A stretch of DNA of 64,000 nt from Rebecca billardiae RCC1528. Taxonomy: Eukaryota; Protista; Haptophyta. Each line of letters opens with the position of its first letter. Position 1 is the stretch's first letter. Below the pieces are notes generated by a model. It ran no database searches, was not told the origin of the DNA, and was given only the letters and a program-made list of their open reading frames with translations. The DNA is taken from assembly GCA_965240325.2 (NCBI GenBank), contig OZ251239.1, positions 806,001 to 870,000 on the forward strand, in the 5' to 3' direction. Positions 32,304 to 45,245 of this stretch are shown one piece after another. A program made the position numbers and the translations under genes.

Positions 32304-34125
32304 GATGCGCGACCACGCGTCGGCGACGTACGCGTGCGCCCCGACGGACGCGCGCGAGGTGGGGCTCTTCCACCTGCCCTCCTCCACCTGCGTCGCCACG
32401 CGCGCCTTCGACGCCGACGTGCTCTGCGCCGAGGTGGTCGATGTGGGCGACGAGGGCGAGGAGCGCGCGCGCGCGCTCGTGACGACGGCCGACGGCGGGC
32501 TGTTCGGCTGGGAGCCGAGCGCGGCCGGCGACGACGGCTCGTGCGAGACGATGCAGCCCGCGTGCGACCGCGCCATCTGCGCGATGGCGCCCGTCGGCGC
32601 GCAGCTCGGCAGCCGGTACGGCGCGGGGGCGCGCGTGCTGCTCGTCGGCACGAGCGGCGGCGAGGTGCTCGCGACCGACCTGCGCGCCGTGCGCGCGCTG
32701 CCCACGTTCGAGAAGCTGTGGGCGGGCGACACGGCGCGCGGCGCCGTCCTCGCCCTCGAGTTCATCCCGCCGCGCACGCTCGTCCCCGCCGCGCTCGCCG
32801 CGGCCGCGGGCGCGGAGCTCTCGTCGCAGCCGGACGAGCCGGGGCTGCTGCTGGTCGGCCACGCGTCGGGCGGGCTGGACGTGGTGGCGCTCGGCCCGAC
32901 GCTCGAGCTGTCGGCGCGGGTGCACACGCTCGAGGTGGGCGGGCCCGTGCGCTCCGCCCTCGCCCAGCCCGTCTGCGCCGCGCTCGGCGCGCGCGAGCGC
33001 GTCGCGATCTGGGTGGCGGCGGACGACGGCGGCGGCGGCGGCGCGGGCCGGCGGCGCGGCGCCGCGGGCGCGTCCGTGCAGCTGTGCGAGCTGGAGCGCG
33101 GCGCGGGCGGCGGCGCGCGCGTGCTGCCGCGGTACGTGGCCGCCGAGCTCAGCCTCCCCGCGGACGACGTGCTCGACGTCCGCCCGGCGCCGTGCCGCGC
33201 GCCGCACGGCGCGCGCGCGCTCGCGCTCGTGCTCACGCGCGCGCGCGGCGGCGCGGTGCTGCGCGTGTCCGCGCTCGACGTGAGCGCGCTGCTGCGCTCG
33301 GCGGACGCGGACGCGCGGCTGACCGCGGCGGCGCCGGCGGAGCTGTGCGCGCTCGACGCCGACGAGCGCCTCGCCGCCGCGGCGAGCGCCCCCGGCTCCG
33401 CCGACGCGCCGCGGCTGCACGTGCGCGCGCTGTCCGACAGCGGCGCCGTGCTGCCGCTGGAGACGGCGGCGCCCGCGGGCGGCGCCGGCTGGGCGGCGGC
33501 GGTGCGCGCGGCGGTAGGCGCGGCGGGCGACGGCGTGACGCTGCCCGCGGCGCACCCGTCGCACGCGCCCCGCCCGAGCGTGCGCGCCCACGTCCTCGGC
33601 GGCGGCCGCGCGCTCGGCGTGCACGTCACCTCGCGCGCCGCGGCCGCGCTCGACGCGCTCTCGGCGCGCGCGGGGCGCGCGCTGCAGGACGACGGCACGG
33701 CCGAGGCGCTGTGGCGCGAGTGCTGGCGCGCGGGCGTGCTGCGCGGCGTGTGCGCGGGCGAGGGCGCGGGCGGGCGCCTCGCCGCCGCCGACGACCTGCT
33801 GCTCCTCGACCTCGAGCAGGTCGCGCAGGCGCAGCCCGCGCGCGACGCGGCGGAGGTGTGGCACGCGCTGCGCGCGGCCGCGGGCGGGGACAAGGCGGCC
33901 GCGCTCGCGCTCGCTAGGCTGCAGCTGCTCGAGGCGGGGCTGCGGCACTCGGCGACGGCGGCGGCGGCGGCGGGCGCGGTCGCGGCCGACGGCGCGGCGA
34001 GCGCGAGCGCGCTCCTCGGCGTCAACTCGCGCGACCTCGTCCGCGAGTGGGCGGTGGGCAGCGCGCGCGCGCTCGCGCACGGCGGCGCGCGCGCGCTCCG
34101 AGCGCTCGCGGACGCCGTCGACGGA

Positions 34126-34157
<32 letters not shown>

Positions 34158-36874
34158 CGGCGGCGGCGGCGGGGCCGGCGGCGTGGAGGCGGCGCTGGAG
34201 GCGGCGGCGGGCGCCGACGCGTGCGCGCTCGCCCTCGAGCGGCTGTGCGCGCGCGCCAACGCCCTCGCCGCCGTCCTCGCCACCCTCGCCGCCGCGGACG
34301 GCGCGGACGTTGCCGCGGGCCGGCTGGCGCCCGCGGCGCTTGAGGCTGTGCGCGCGCCGCTCGACGAGCTCGTGTGCGCGGCGCACGCGTGCCGCTGGGG
34401 CGCGTTCCTCTGCGCGCACGCGCTGCTCGTGCCCGCCGCCGCGCGCCACGCCTACCGCCCGCGCGCCGCGCCGCCGCCGCTGCCCTTCCCCCTGCGCCTC
34501 GGCCGCTGCTTTGCGCTCGCAGCGCTCGCGCCGCGCGAGCTCGGCGGCGCGGCGGCTGGCGGCGGCGCCGCCGCCGCCGCCGAGGGCGGCGGCGGCGCGG
34601 CGGGTGTGTTCGGCACGGCGACGGGCGGCGGCGGCGTGTCGATCGGCGGCGCGGCCGAGCTCCTCGACCTCGCCGGCCGCGCGCCCGCCGCGCTCGGCGA
34701 GGCCGTCTACTACGCGCTCTGCGCGGGCGCGCTGCGCGCGGCGCGCGCGCCGGCGGGCGGCGGCGCGGACGCGGCTGCGTGCGGCGCGCTGTGGCGCGCG
34801 TGCGCGCTGCTCGAGCGCGGCACGGCGGCGCACGGCGCGGCGCTGCCCGGCGCGCGCGCGCACATCGTGCGCGCCCTCGCGCACGCCGACGCGGGCTGCT
34901 ACCTCGACGCGGCCGCGCACCTCGCGCGGCTCGGCGCCGCGGGCTCGGGCGGCGCGCGCGCGGGCGCGCTCGTCGGCGCCGCCGCGGTCGGCGCGGCGCT
35001 GGCGGACGCGTGCGAGGGCGGCGGCGTGGCGGCGGCGGAGGGCGCGGAGGCGGCGCGCGCGCTGAGCGCGCTGCTCGCGCGCGCGCCCGCCGCCGCGCCC
35101 GCCCCGCGCCCGCAGCCCGACCCCCGCGTCGTCCGCGTCCGGCTGCTGTGCGCGTGCGCGCAGCCGCTGCACGCGTATGCGGCCGCGCGCGCGTGCCCGG
35201 ACGGCAGCGGCTTTGGCGCGCTGCTGGCGGCGCTGCACGCGCGGGGCGAGCTGTGCAGGTGCGCGGCGCGGCGCGCGGCGCGCGGCACGCCGCGGCACCG
35301 CCGCGCGCGCGCGTGGGCGCGCGCCTCACGCGTGCCCCGCCCCATCCGCCGGCCCTCCCGTGCGCGTGTGCGCGTGCGCGTGTGCGTGTGCGTGTGTGTG
35401 CGCGTGCGTGTGTGTGTGCGTGTGCGTGCGTGTGTGCGTGTGTGCGTGTGCGTGTGCGTGCGTGTGCGTGTGTGCGCGCTTGGCTCGCAGCGTGGTGCAG
35501 TGCCCACTCACGGAGGAGGAGCGCGCGGCGCTCGAGGACTTTGCCGCGGCGCGGCCGCAGAGCGCGGCGGCGCACGCCGCGCGCGTCGGGCTGCACGCGC
35601 AGCGTGGCGAGCTCGCGCAGGTGCGTGTGCGTGTGCGCGTGCGCGTGCGCGCGTGTGCGCGTGTGCGTGTGCGCGTGTTGCGCGTGCGCGCGTGTGCGCG
35701 TGTGCGCCCGCCCGCCGCGCGCGCAGCGCCGCAAGGGGCGCCCACGCTGCGCTGGCTGCTCACACGCGCACCGCACCGCACCGCACCGCACCGCAGGCGC
35801 GCGCCGCCGCCGACGCGCTCGGTGCCGCCGCGCTCGGCGAGGGCGGCGCCGAGCTGCGCGGCGCGTCGCGGCTGCTGCTGGAGCTGCTGGGGCCGGAGGC
35901 GGCGGGCGCGGCGGCCGAGCCGCGCGCCGAGGCGGCGGCGGGCGCGGCGCGCGGCGTCGACGGGCGCGGCGCGGCGCCGAGCGCGCGCGCGCGCGCCGAG
36001 CGCGGGCCGCCGCGCTCGGTGCCGCCCGCCTCGCCCGCGCCGGCGTGGGGCCGCGCGTCGGGCACGCCCTACAGCCGCAGCCGCGCGCGCGAGAGCTTGC
36101 TCGCCGCGCTCGCCTCGCCCGCCGCCGCGCGCGGGTCGGCGCTCACGCGCGCGGACGGCGCGCGCGCCTCGGGCGCGCCGCCCGCGCCGCCGGCCGCGCA
36201 CGCGACGCCGACGCGCGCGCTGCTCGGCGCGCCGCCGCCCGCCGCGGGCGGTGCCGACGCGTCGCGCGCGGGCGCGCTCGGCCTGCCGCCGAGTGCGCGC
36301 CCACACGCGCCGGCGGGCTCGGCGCGCGCCGACGCCACCGCCGCCCTCGGCCTGCCATGCGCGAGCTCGCCGGTGCGCGCCCGCCGCCGCGTGCTGCGCG
36401 CCGCGCGCGTGCGCGCGCGCGCCGCCGGCTCACACGCACGCCGCCCGCGCCGACCCCCCCCCCCCCCCCCCCGCGCGCGCGCAGCTGTGCGCGTCCGCCA
36501 CGGCGGCGGCCGCGTGGCCGGGCGCGGCGGGCGCGTCGCCCGGCCTGTGTGGCTGCATGCTCGGCGCAGGCGGCACGGCGCCGCCAGCCCTGCCGCCCAC
36601 GCGGCTGGCCACGCCGCAGCTGCCGGCCGCGCTCGCGCGCTGCACGCCGAGTGGCGCGCGCGCGGACGGCGGTGCTGAGCACGCCGCGCCGTTCAGCGCG
36701 CTCACGAGCGCCACGCACCTGCCCACGCCCAAGCGCTCGTCGCTGCGGCTGCGCGGCGCGGTGCCGCCCTCGCCGCCCACGTGGACGGCGCCGGGCGCGC
36801 GCGCCGCTGGCAGCGCGCCGCCGGGCGGCGGCTGTGGTGGGCAGGGCCTGTTCCACCCGACCGGCGGCGCGTAG
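32304..36874 (+). CDS. Large beta-propeller plus helical protein, ELYS/AHCTF1(HOS1)-like nucleoporin candidate; introns about 35259-35490, 35621-35796, 36373-36484
   Basis: N-terminal propeller-like strands (LLVGTSGGEV, LLLVGHASGGLDV), a helical region, CPLTEEERAALEDF...LHAQRGELAQA resembling the ELYS-domain end, and a low-complexity tail. Confidence 0.55.
35359..35477. repeat. Intronic (GT/GC)n microsatellite
   Basis: GTGCGTGTGC... repeats; a second block lies at about 35621-35705. Confidence 0.9.
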
Positions 36875-37433
36875 CCGTGGGGGCGACGAGCGGCCGGCAA
36901 GCCAACTGTCAACTGAGCGGCACGGCCTAAGCCACACTAGCCAGCGCGCGGTTGGTGCCAAATGCGGTGCCGGCGCGCGCCTGCCAAGCCGGCGCTGACG
37001 GCTGAGCCGGCGGCGCCGAGCGGTGGCCTCGCCGACCATATGATGACTGAAAGTCATAATATAATATCGTGATGAATCGTCGCGTACGTACGTAACTGAC
37101 GCGACTCGGACGCCAGCAGCGTCCGCCCGCACGACTACGAGTGTCATCAGCGCAGCAGATCGATGATATGCATGTATAAACAGCGGGGGCCTAGCGGCCT
37201 TTTCCCGGTGGGGCTGGTCGAACACAGCGCGTCTAGGACGCGACGGAGAAGCTTGCCAGGGCCGGCAGACCCGACGACGATGACGGATGAGACGAGTTGG
37301 CCGTTCAGCGCTGACTAACGGTATCATCCGAGCTGCCGCGTCTTCGCGCGTCGCGTGTGCGATTTAGCCATTAGCCAGGTGCGGCAGCGTGGCTCTCCCA
37401 GTTCTGCAAGGCCCACCGAGGCGCCAGCGAGGC

Positions 37434-39031
37434 GCGCGTCGATGCAGTCGATGCAGTCGTCGCTGCGCACGGCCGCTCGGGCACGGCGGCACGGCAACGG
37501 CACGCACCGATCACGCCGTGCGTGCGCGCGTCGGCCATCGACGCGTGGTAGTCGTGCAGCAACTGCAGTCCGCACGTCGTGCGCGCTGCTGCCGCCGTAC
37601 GCCCAGATGGCGCGCGACCGCGTCGGTCCCGGCGGCCTCGCGCGCCGCGCGCGGTTCGGCTCGACGCGCGGCGTGACCCTCGCGGCGCTCCGCGTTGCGC
37701 GCCTCGTCCACGCCGTTCAGCGTGCTCGCCAGCCGCGCTGCGCGAGGCACGCGTCGAGCGCTGCCGGCGTCTCGCAGTTTGGGTGCGAGGCCGCGGGCGC
37801 GCGCGCGCCGGGGCGCGTGGCCTCGTGCGGGTGCACGGCGAGGCGCGCCAGGTCCGTACCGTTACCGTATTGTATAGGCGGTATGAACTGGGTAAGGGGG
37901 TACCGCTAAGATCGCCGCCAGATTTGTGGGAATCGCAACGACATCTCTATGCGGCGCGCGCAAAAATTAACCACATGCGCTTCGATTCCCGAGGCGTGCC
38001 CTAATTGGCGCAAAAATTAACCAAGTGCGTTCTCGATTCCCGAGGCGTGCCTAATCAAAAAACGTTTGAGGCCCCATTGTTCGTATTCCTACTCCGGTAT
38101 TACTTGGGACAGCAGTATTGGACAACCAATTAAAGGGGGTCGGAGCTGGGTCTCCCAGGGCTTTCTCACGAATTAAAATTGTTTAAAGCTGCGCGTCGAT
38201 GCATCCTCCATTAACTCCATTCAGTACTTCGACAGACGAATCAGGAGAGCTGCGCCCTCGTGCCTGTGTCTTTAAATCATAGAATTAGTCGATGCAGTCG
38301 TCGCTGCGCACGGCCGCTCGGGCACGGCGGCACGGCAACGGCACGCACCGATCACGCCGTGCGTGCGCGCGTCGGCCATCGACGCGTGGTAGTCGTGCAG
38401 CAACTGCAGTCCGCACGTCGTGCGCGCTGCTGCCGCCGTACGCCCAGATGGCGCGCGACCGCGTCGGTCCCGGCGGCCTCGCGCGCCGCGCGCGGTTCGG
38501 CTCGACGCGCGGCGTGACCCTCGCGGCGCTCCGCGTTGCGCGCCTCGTCCACGCCGTTCAGCGTGCTCGCCAGCCGCGCTGCGCGAGGCACGCGTCGAGC
38601 GCTGCCGGCGTCTCGCAGTTTGGGTGCGAGGCCGCGGGCGCGCGCGCGCCGGGGCGCGTGGCCTCGTGCGGGTGCACGGCGAGGCGCGCCAGGTCCGTAC
38701 CGTTACCGTATTGTATAGGCGGTATGAACTGGGTAAGGGGGTACCGCTAAGATCGCCGCCAGATTTGTGGGAATCGCAACGACATCTCTATGCGGCGCGC
38801 GCAAAAATTAACCACATGCGCTTCGATTCCCGAGGCGTGCCCTAATTGGCGCAAAAATTAACCAAGTGCGTTCTCGATTCCCGAGGCGTGCCTAATCAAA
38901 AAACGTTTGAGGCCCCATTGTTCGTATTCCTACTCCGGTATTACTTGGGACAGCAGTATTGGACAACCAATTAAAGGGGGTCGGAGCTGGGTCTCCCAGG
39001 GCTTTCTCACGAATTAAAATTGTTTAAAGCT
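37434..39031 (+). repeat. Head-to-tail tandem duplication of a 757-bp unit; copy 2 has an 84-bp insertion (38204-38287)
   Basis: 37434-38190 is repeated at 38191-39031; identical ORF translations in both copies. Confidence 0.93.
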
Positions 39032-39657
39032 GTGTTCACCAGAATATATTTAACGACGTGGTATGCGACAACGGGCAAGCGTCAGGCTCAGAGTGCAGCA
39101 GACACATATAGAATGCGTCCGCGCCTTCCGACCAGGTCAGGCAGTGCGCCACCCGCAGCCCTGCCCCCCTACGGGAGCGGGGGCGGGATGGAGCACCGCC
39201 TCGGCCTGGGGCACGCGGCGGCGACGGCAGATGCCGCCGCGGCCGAGCGCCTTCCGGTGAAGCACTTGGATATATGGACGGAATTAGGCGGTCGAACGAT
39301 GCGCGCTCCGGCGCTCGTCGCCGCCACGCGCACCGGCACGAGACCGAGTCCATCGTCACGCCGCCGGCTATACCTGTTCGGCGCCGTGCCGACTCGGCGT
39401 CGGCGGCGGCGCGCTCGGCGGCGGCGCGCTCGGCGGCGGCGCGCTCGACTGTGAGTGCCAGTGATGCCGCGGCTGGTCCGTGACGACGCGATGATGACGA
39501 GATCGCAGCAACACTTACACGAACGGATTCGGGAGGAGGCTGATGACAGCAGATGATCTTCGCGCGTCAGCCTTCCGTGGTGGGCACGGAGACCTCGGCA
39601 CGATGCCGCTCGACCGCGGGGGGGTGGCGCACGTGCGCCGGCGCACGTGCACGTGTC

Positions 39658-42600
39658 TCACGCCTTGGTCACCTTCGCGTCCGGCTCGTAGTGGCGCGCG
39701 TACCGCGCGAGCGCCCACATGGGGAAGATGTTGCGGTACTGCGTGTACGAGATGCCGCACGCGCGGTTGAACACGCCCGCGATGCCCTCCTGGTCCCAGT
39801 CGCCGTTCTCGCGCTGCTGCGAGATGAGGTAGTCGACGCCGCGGCGCACGGCCGCGCGGTCGGTGGTCTCGGCCGCCATCAGCGCGAGCAGCGCCCACGC
39901 GGTGTTCACCACGCCCGAGCCGCCGTTGCCCCAGCGCTCCATGCCCTTGTGCGCGTACGCCTTGTCATAGCACGAGGTGAAGTCCTCGCCCCAGCCTGCA
40001 GCGGGCGGGGGGCGCGGCGAAGGTGAAGGGGGCGCGGCGGGCGCGTGGCGTGCTGCGCGCTGTGGGCGCGCACCGCCGTTCTGGTTCTGCGTCGAGAGGA
40101 GGAAGGTGCACGCGCGCCGCATCGAGTCGGAGTGCTTGGGCTCGCCCGAGAGCACCAGCCCCTCGACGCCAAACCACGTGCCGTACGTGAAGCAGCAGCC
40201 CCACGAGCCGTACCACGAGCCGTCCGCGCGCTGGATCGACTTGATGAAGCGCCGCCCCGCGGCGATCGACTTGCGCACCTCCGCCGTGCTGCGCGCGGCA
40301 CGCGCGCGAGGGCGGGCGCGGCGGCGCGCGCGAGGCGAGCGCTCAGCGCGGCGCGGCGGCGCGCGGCGCGAGCGCTCGGCGCGGCGCGGCGCGCGCGCGC
40401 CGAGCGCGCACCGGTGGTGCGGGTAGGCCTGGTGGAAGGCGTACACGGCGGAGAGCGAGGCCATCGAGCACTCGACGTACGAGTAGTCGATCATGATGTC
40501 GCCGAACACCTCGGACGGGTTGAGCCACTCGTACCAGCGGTAGCCGCGGTTGTTCTCGTAGGTGGCAAAGCCGCCGTCCACGTTCTGCAGTGTGAGGATC
40601 ACGTTCAGCGCCTTGTACAGCCGCTCCTCGCCGATCACGTCGCAGCGCGCCTTGATCTCGGGCACGTCGCGCATGAGCAGCACCGCCTTGAGCCCCTCCG
40701 CCGTGCAGTCCGAGATCGGCCAGCCGTGCGCCGACGAGGAGAAGGGCCAGCCGCCCTCGCTCACGTGCCGGTAGTAGCGCTTGCGCATCGCAGCGTCCTC
40801 GTACGAGAACGCGGGCGAGGCGCGCGCGGCGGCGGAGCAGAGGATCTGCGTGCGGTCGAGGTAGGCGTACGCCTTGGCGCTCATCTCGGGGTACTCGGCC
40901 ACGAGGCCCGCCTCGGCGAACGCCTGCAGCGCGAAGGACGTGTCCCAGCCCTGCGAGCCGTTGTAGCCCTGCATCTTGCAGCCGTCCTCGGACACCCACA
41001 GGTAGTCGGCCACGCGCAGCAGGTGGCGCTGGAACGCGTCGGTGTGCGGCGTGCGGCCCGCCTCGACGTAGCGCGAGAGCGTGTTCAGCACCTTGTTCAC
41101 CGGGCCGATGTCGACGTAGTTCGTCTGCTCGTCCTCCGCGCCGATGTACTCGATGGCGAACGCGAGGCCTCTCGCGCGCACCGCGGCCTTGAAGGGGCCG
41201 CCCCAGCGCTCGTACACGCCCAGCAGGCCGTTGGCGAGCTTCATCAGCGGGTGGACGGGCGAGTAGTTGTCCACGTCCGCGACGAGGTCGCGCGTCGACG
41301 CCCAGTCGATCGTGCCGTACGGCTGGCAGTACAGCTCCTCGCGCAGCGACGCGACCAGCGGGTCGGTGTGCGCGTGCTCGTACACAAAGCGCTGGCCGTA
41401 CAGGTAGCACATCGGCAGGTACACCATGCGGCAGTGGCACCAGAGGCGGCCGGGGTGGAAGGGGGTCCACTCGGGCAGCAGCCACATCTCGGGCGGGATC
41501 GGGTGGTGCCCCTCCCAGTCCATCACGCCGAGCAGGCACATGTAGAACTTGGCCCAGCTGCCCGTGTAGATGCCGCCGCCGTACGACTGCGCGCGCGCGG
41601 CCGGGCGCGAGCGAGCGAGCGAGCGAGCGAGCGCGCGCGCGAGCGAGCGCGCGGCGGGGCGGCGGGGGCGTGAGGCGGCGCAGGGGCGGCGCAGGGGCGG
41701 CGCAGGGGCGGCGGCGGCGGCGCGCGCGCGCGCGCACGTGGATGAACACCCGCCCCTTCACCATCGCCGGGTCGTCGCGCTGCGTGCCGAGCAGGCGCAG
41801 CGCGAGGTAGCACATGCACGAGCCAAACATCGTCGAGGGCGACTCGATGTGCATGCCCCAGCCGCCGTCGGTCTGCTGGTGCGCGCGCAGGTAGAAGGCC
41901 ATCGCGGCGCGGCGGTCCTTGTCGAGCATCTCCTCCAGCTGCCCCGTGACGTACCACACGACCACCAGCCCGGGCATGAGGAAGTGCGGCCCGCCGTAGT
42001 CGCCCGCCCAGTGGCCGTCGTCCGCCTGCAGCACCTCGTACCACGCCATCGCCTTGCGCACGCACTCGAGCACGGTGGCGGGGGCCCACGAGGCGTCGGG
42101 CACCTTGCCGCCCTTGCGCGTCCACGCGGCCACGCGCTGTGCGCGCCACAGGTCGTCGCGCGGGTTCGGGTTCACCGCCGGGTTGAAGGCGCTCTTCTCG
42201 ACGCCAGACGCGCCCGCGGGCCGGTGCCAGATCTGCCGGCCCGCCGCCTCGCCCGTCAGCTTCTTGCCGCTGGAGAGCGCCGCCTCCGTGATCTTGTGCG
42301 ACTCCTCGGCGACGGCGCACTGCCACCCCGCGTCGAGGCGCCACTCCACGTCCGGCCACTGCGGCTCGCGCAGGATGCGGTGCTCGCGCGGGCCGCCCGG
42401 GTGGCTCGCGTGCGCGCCGCACACGTAGTACACGCACCCGAGGCCGAGGCCGCACAGCGCGGCGTACACGCCCGGCTCGGGGAGCAGCGGCAGGAGGAGG
42501 GCGAAAGGCGCGAAGATGCACGCCGTCGCGAGCAGCGAGAACTCGCCGCGCGAGTTGTCGTACCCGAGCACGCGCGTGCAGTACCCGCCGCCCGAGTTGG

Positions 42601-42787
42601 TGCCGAGCGCGGAGAGCGGCACCGCCGCGAGCGCGTGGCCAAAGACGAGGAGCGCGAGCGCGGAGAGGAGGAAGGCCTCGGCGCCGGCGGGCAGGACGGC
42701 GTCGATAGAGGCGGGGAGCACCGCGACGCGGCACGCGACGCGCGCCGCGTCGAGCGCACCCAGCGCGGCCTCGAGCGCGGCGAGCAT
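39658..42787 (-). CDS. CAS1: Oxidosqualene cyclase, cycloartenol synthase type, with hydrophobic N-terminal extension; 3 introns
   Basis: DGHWAGDYGGP, QTDGGWGMHIE, WCHCRMVY, MQGYNGSQ (Tyr), AHGWPISDCTAE (His/Ile diagnostic of cycloartenol synthase), QW repeats. Confidence 0.92.
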
Positions 42788-43059
42788 CCGGCCTGGCGCA
42801 GATGGGCGGTGGGTGCGATTCACGCGCAGCGAATGATGCGCGCCACGCCGGCCGGACGCCCGGTGGGTGGCACGCCCACCGCCGAAGGGAAAAGGCCAGC
42901 AGAAATCGCGCCGCTGATCTAAATCTAAATCGGCGCGCGCTTCTGGGTTGTCCGCCGCCATTTTCAATTTCCGGCATATCAATCCGGGGACTGCTCCAGT
43001 CGGGTCCCGTAGGGCTCGGGCGCCTCGGACAGCGAGGGCCGCTCGGCAAGTGGTGGGCG

Positions 43060-43593
43060 ATGCTGCCGCTGGCACGGCGAGCGCTTGTGGCGGGGGTGCA
43101 GGGGGCGACGCGGCGTCCGCTCGCAGCGGGCATCGCGCGGCCGCTCAGCGTCTCCACCTCCGACCTGGTCGTGCCGCCGGGGGCCTCGCAGGCGTACGAC
43201 CGGCGGGACGCGCTCGCCGACCCGAAGGCGAGCGCAGACTCCTTCATCGGCGTCACGCGCGAGGTGTACGCGAAGCGGACGGCCAAGATCTTCATGCCCG
43301 CCAAGACGGCGACCTCCTCCGGCAAGAACGTCGCCGCCAAGTGGCGCCTGTCCTTCCCCACGCCCGAGCGCTGGACGAACAACCTGATGGGCTGGACGAG
43401 CACGCGCGACCCTTTGTCCAACATCTCGATGGACTTCAACAGCCTCGAGCAGGCGACGCAGTACGCGGAGGCGATGGGCTGCCGGTACGAGGTAGTCAAG
43501 CCCAAGTCCTACCGGGTCAAGCCCAAGTCGTACTCCGAAAACTTCGTCTGGCGCGGGCCCAAGCTCGACGCGGCTACGAAGAAGTCAAAGTGA
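43060..43593 (+). CDS. NDUFS4: Mitochondrial complex I subunit NDUFS4 (18 kDa)
   Basis: Arg-rich presequence; KIFMPAKTATSSG, RWTNNLMGWTSTRDP, KPKSYSENF. Confidence 0.93.
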   Translation: MLPLARRALVAGVQGATRRPLAAGIARPLSVSTSDLVVPPGASQAYDRRDALADPKASADSFIGVTREVYAKRTAKIFMPAKTATSSGKNVAAKWRLSFPTPERWTNNLMGWTSTRDPLSNISMDFNSLEQATQYAEAMGCRYEVVKPKSYRVKPKSYSENFVWRGPKLDAATKKSK

Positions 43594-45245
43594 TGATGCG
43601 CGTGCGACGGACGCCGCGCGTCCCTGAGGCGCGCGGCAGCGGGAGCCTCTGACGCGTGCGAGCAGCAGCCATAGGCAAGGCGCAAAGCCCGCGCCGACCG
43701 TGCCATCGGGCTCTGCGTGCAGGGGCCTGCGCGAGCCCGCCGCCGCCACCCGTGGCCGACGCGGGGCTGACTGTGCAAGGCGCCTGGCACTGAATCCCCG
43801 ACGATAGCCCGAGCGTGGCGCGGAAGTGCCGGAAGTCGTCAGCAACGGGACGCGCGCGGCTGCGTGATTGGCTGATTGCTTGGGAATAACGGCGCCGGCG
43901 CCGAGCTCGCCCACGAGCGACCGCCGTCCGCCGTCAGGCACGGATGAATATCTGAAGTGTGCCAAGTGATGATGGGCTGATGGCGATCATCGGTAACTAT
44001 GATGATGCATCGTCGTCGCGCATAAAATATGAGTGATAAATCCATAATATTGACGACGATGCTATCTCTTTGTTGGCCGCGGGGAAGATACGCTAGCGTA
44101 TCTTCGATGGCGCCCCGGCGCGCGTGAGCTCTGACGGCGCGTAGGAGGCGCGCGCGAGGGCGGCCGCGGGCGCGATTGATGCCTGGGACCTCAACGACAA
44201 CTCACATGACGAGACCTTCTCTTCTGATGCCGATGACGGCCCTCCAGAGGCGACCGCGCTCGACGACGGTCGTGATTTGGACGACTGCGGCGCTGCGCGG
44301 CGTGAGGCGGAGGAAAGCGGCGCGGCGCAGGGCTTCGAGCGGGCTGTGGCGATGGAGCAACTTATCATCGTCAACGCCATCGCCCCGAGTGCCACCGCGC
44401 TGCCGCACGCCACGCCAGTTGCGCCAGTGCAAGCTACGCGCGGCCGCTGCGGCACGAGCCGGGGGCGTGGCCAGCAGCGCGGTGGCCGCGGTGCCTGAGC
44501 AGGGCGTTGCAGGTGCGACCAGCGCGCCGCTGCCACCGCGCGCTCGTCAACAGTTGATGGAGTCGCGAATGCCGTACGTCCCGCCGACTAGCCCGCCCTG
44601 TGTGCTGTCGCCGTGACCCCTCAATGCTGTTGGTCGTCCGACGACGAGCTGCCGAGCGCGTTGCTGAGCGTGTCGCTCAAAACGTCAGTCGTGGAGCTCT
44701 CTGACGTGCGCGGCGCTTGCTGCCCATTAAGTCAATCATGTTGGGCACCTCCTGGGGCACCTCTGGCTGAAGTCTTAGCCTCTGAGGTCTCGAACATAGC
44801 CGGCGCTAGCGTACTACCGGCACCCTCAAAAGGAAGATAGTAGATACGCTAGTCGAGTGAGTAGTCGTCCTTGACCTTCGACTTTTGGACGGTTCCGGCG
44901 GTCGGACGGTCGCCTGCGGCACCTGACGCCCAAACCCGAGCGGGTCCCAAGGTTTTCGAGGTCGCTGAACGCATTTGCCGCTGGGGCCGAGGTCTGAAAA
45001 CCAAGCGATTGCGGCGTTTTTCGCGATTTTGTGGTCGGAAGGACGCTACAGTTTATTTGTTTTAACGTGCGTAAGGCTCACGGTGGCAGGTTGCCGCGCC
45101 ATCCTTCATCGCACGCTCTCCGAAGAGAGACCTGGAAACTGGGGGTTTAGCGTATCTTCGGCCAACAAAGAGAGAAAAAGCAGCGCGCTAGAAAACAATA
45201 AAAGGCTCCCAACGCAGGGCGTTATCTCAAGCGGTTTCATCCGCC

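Noticed and set aside
32137-36678. Single-exon 1513-aa protein with a VCVC repeat domain
   Set aside because: The repeats are intronic microsatellites read through in frame
37863-38190. Pogo-like terminus (TA|CCGTATT) in the duplicated unit
   Set aside because: No convincing matching inverted end found
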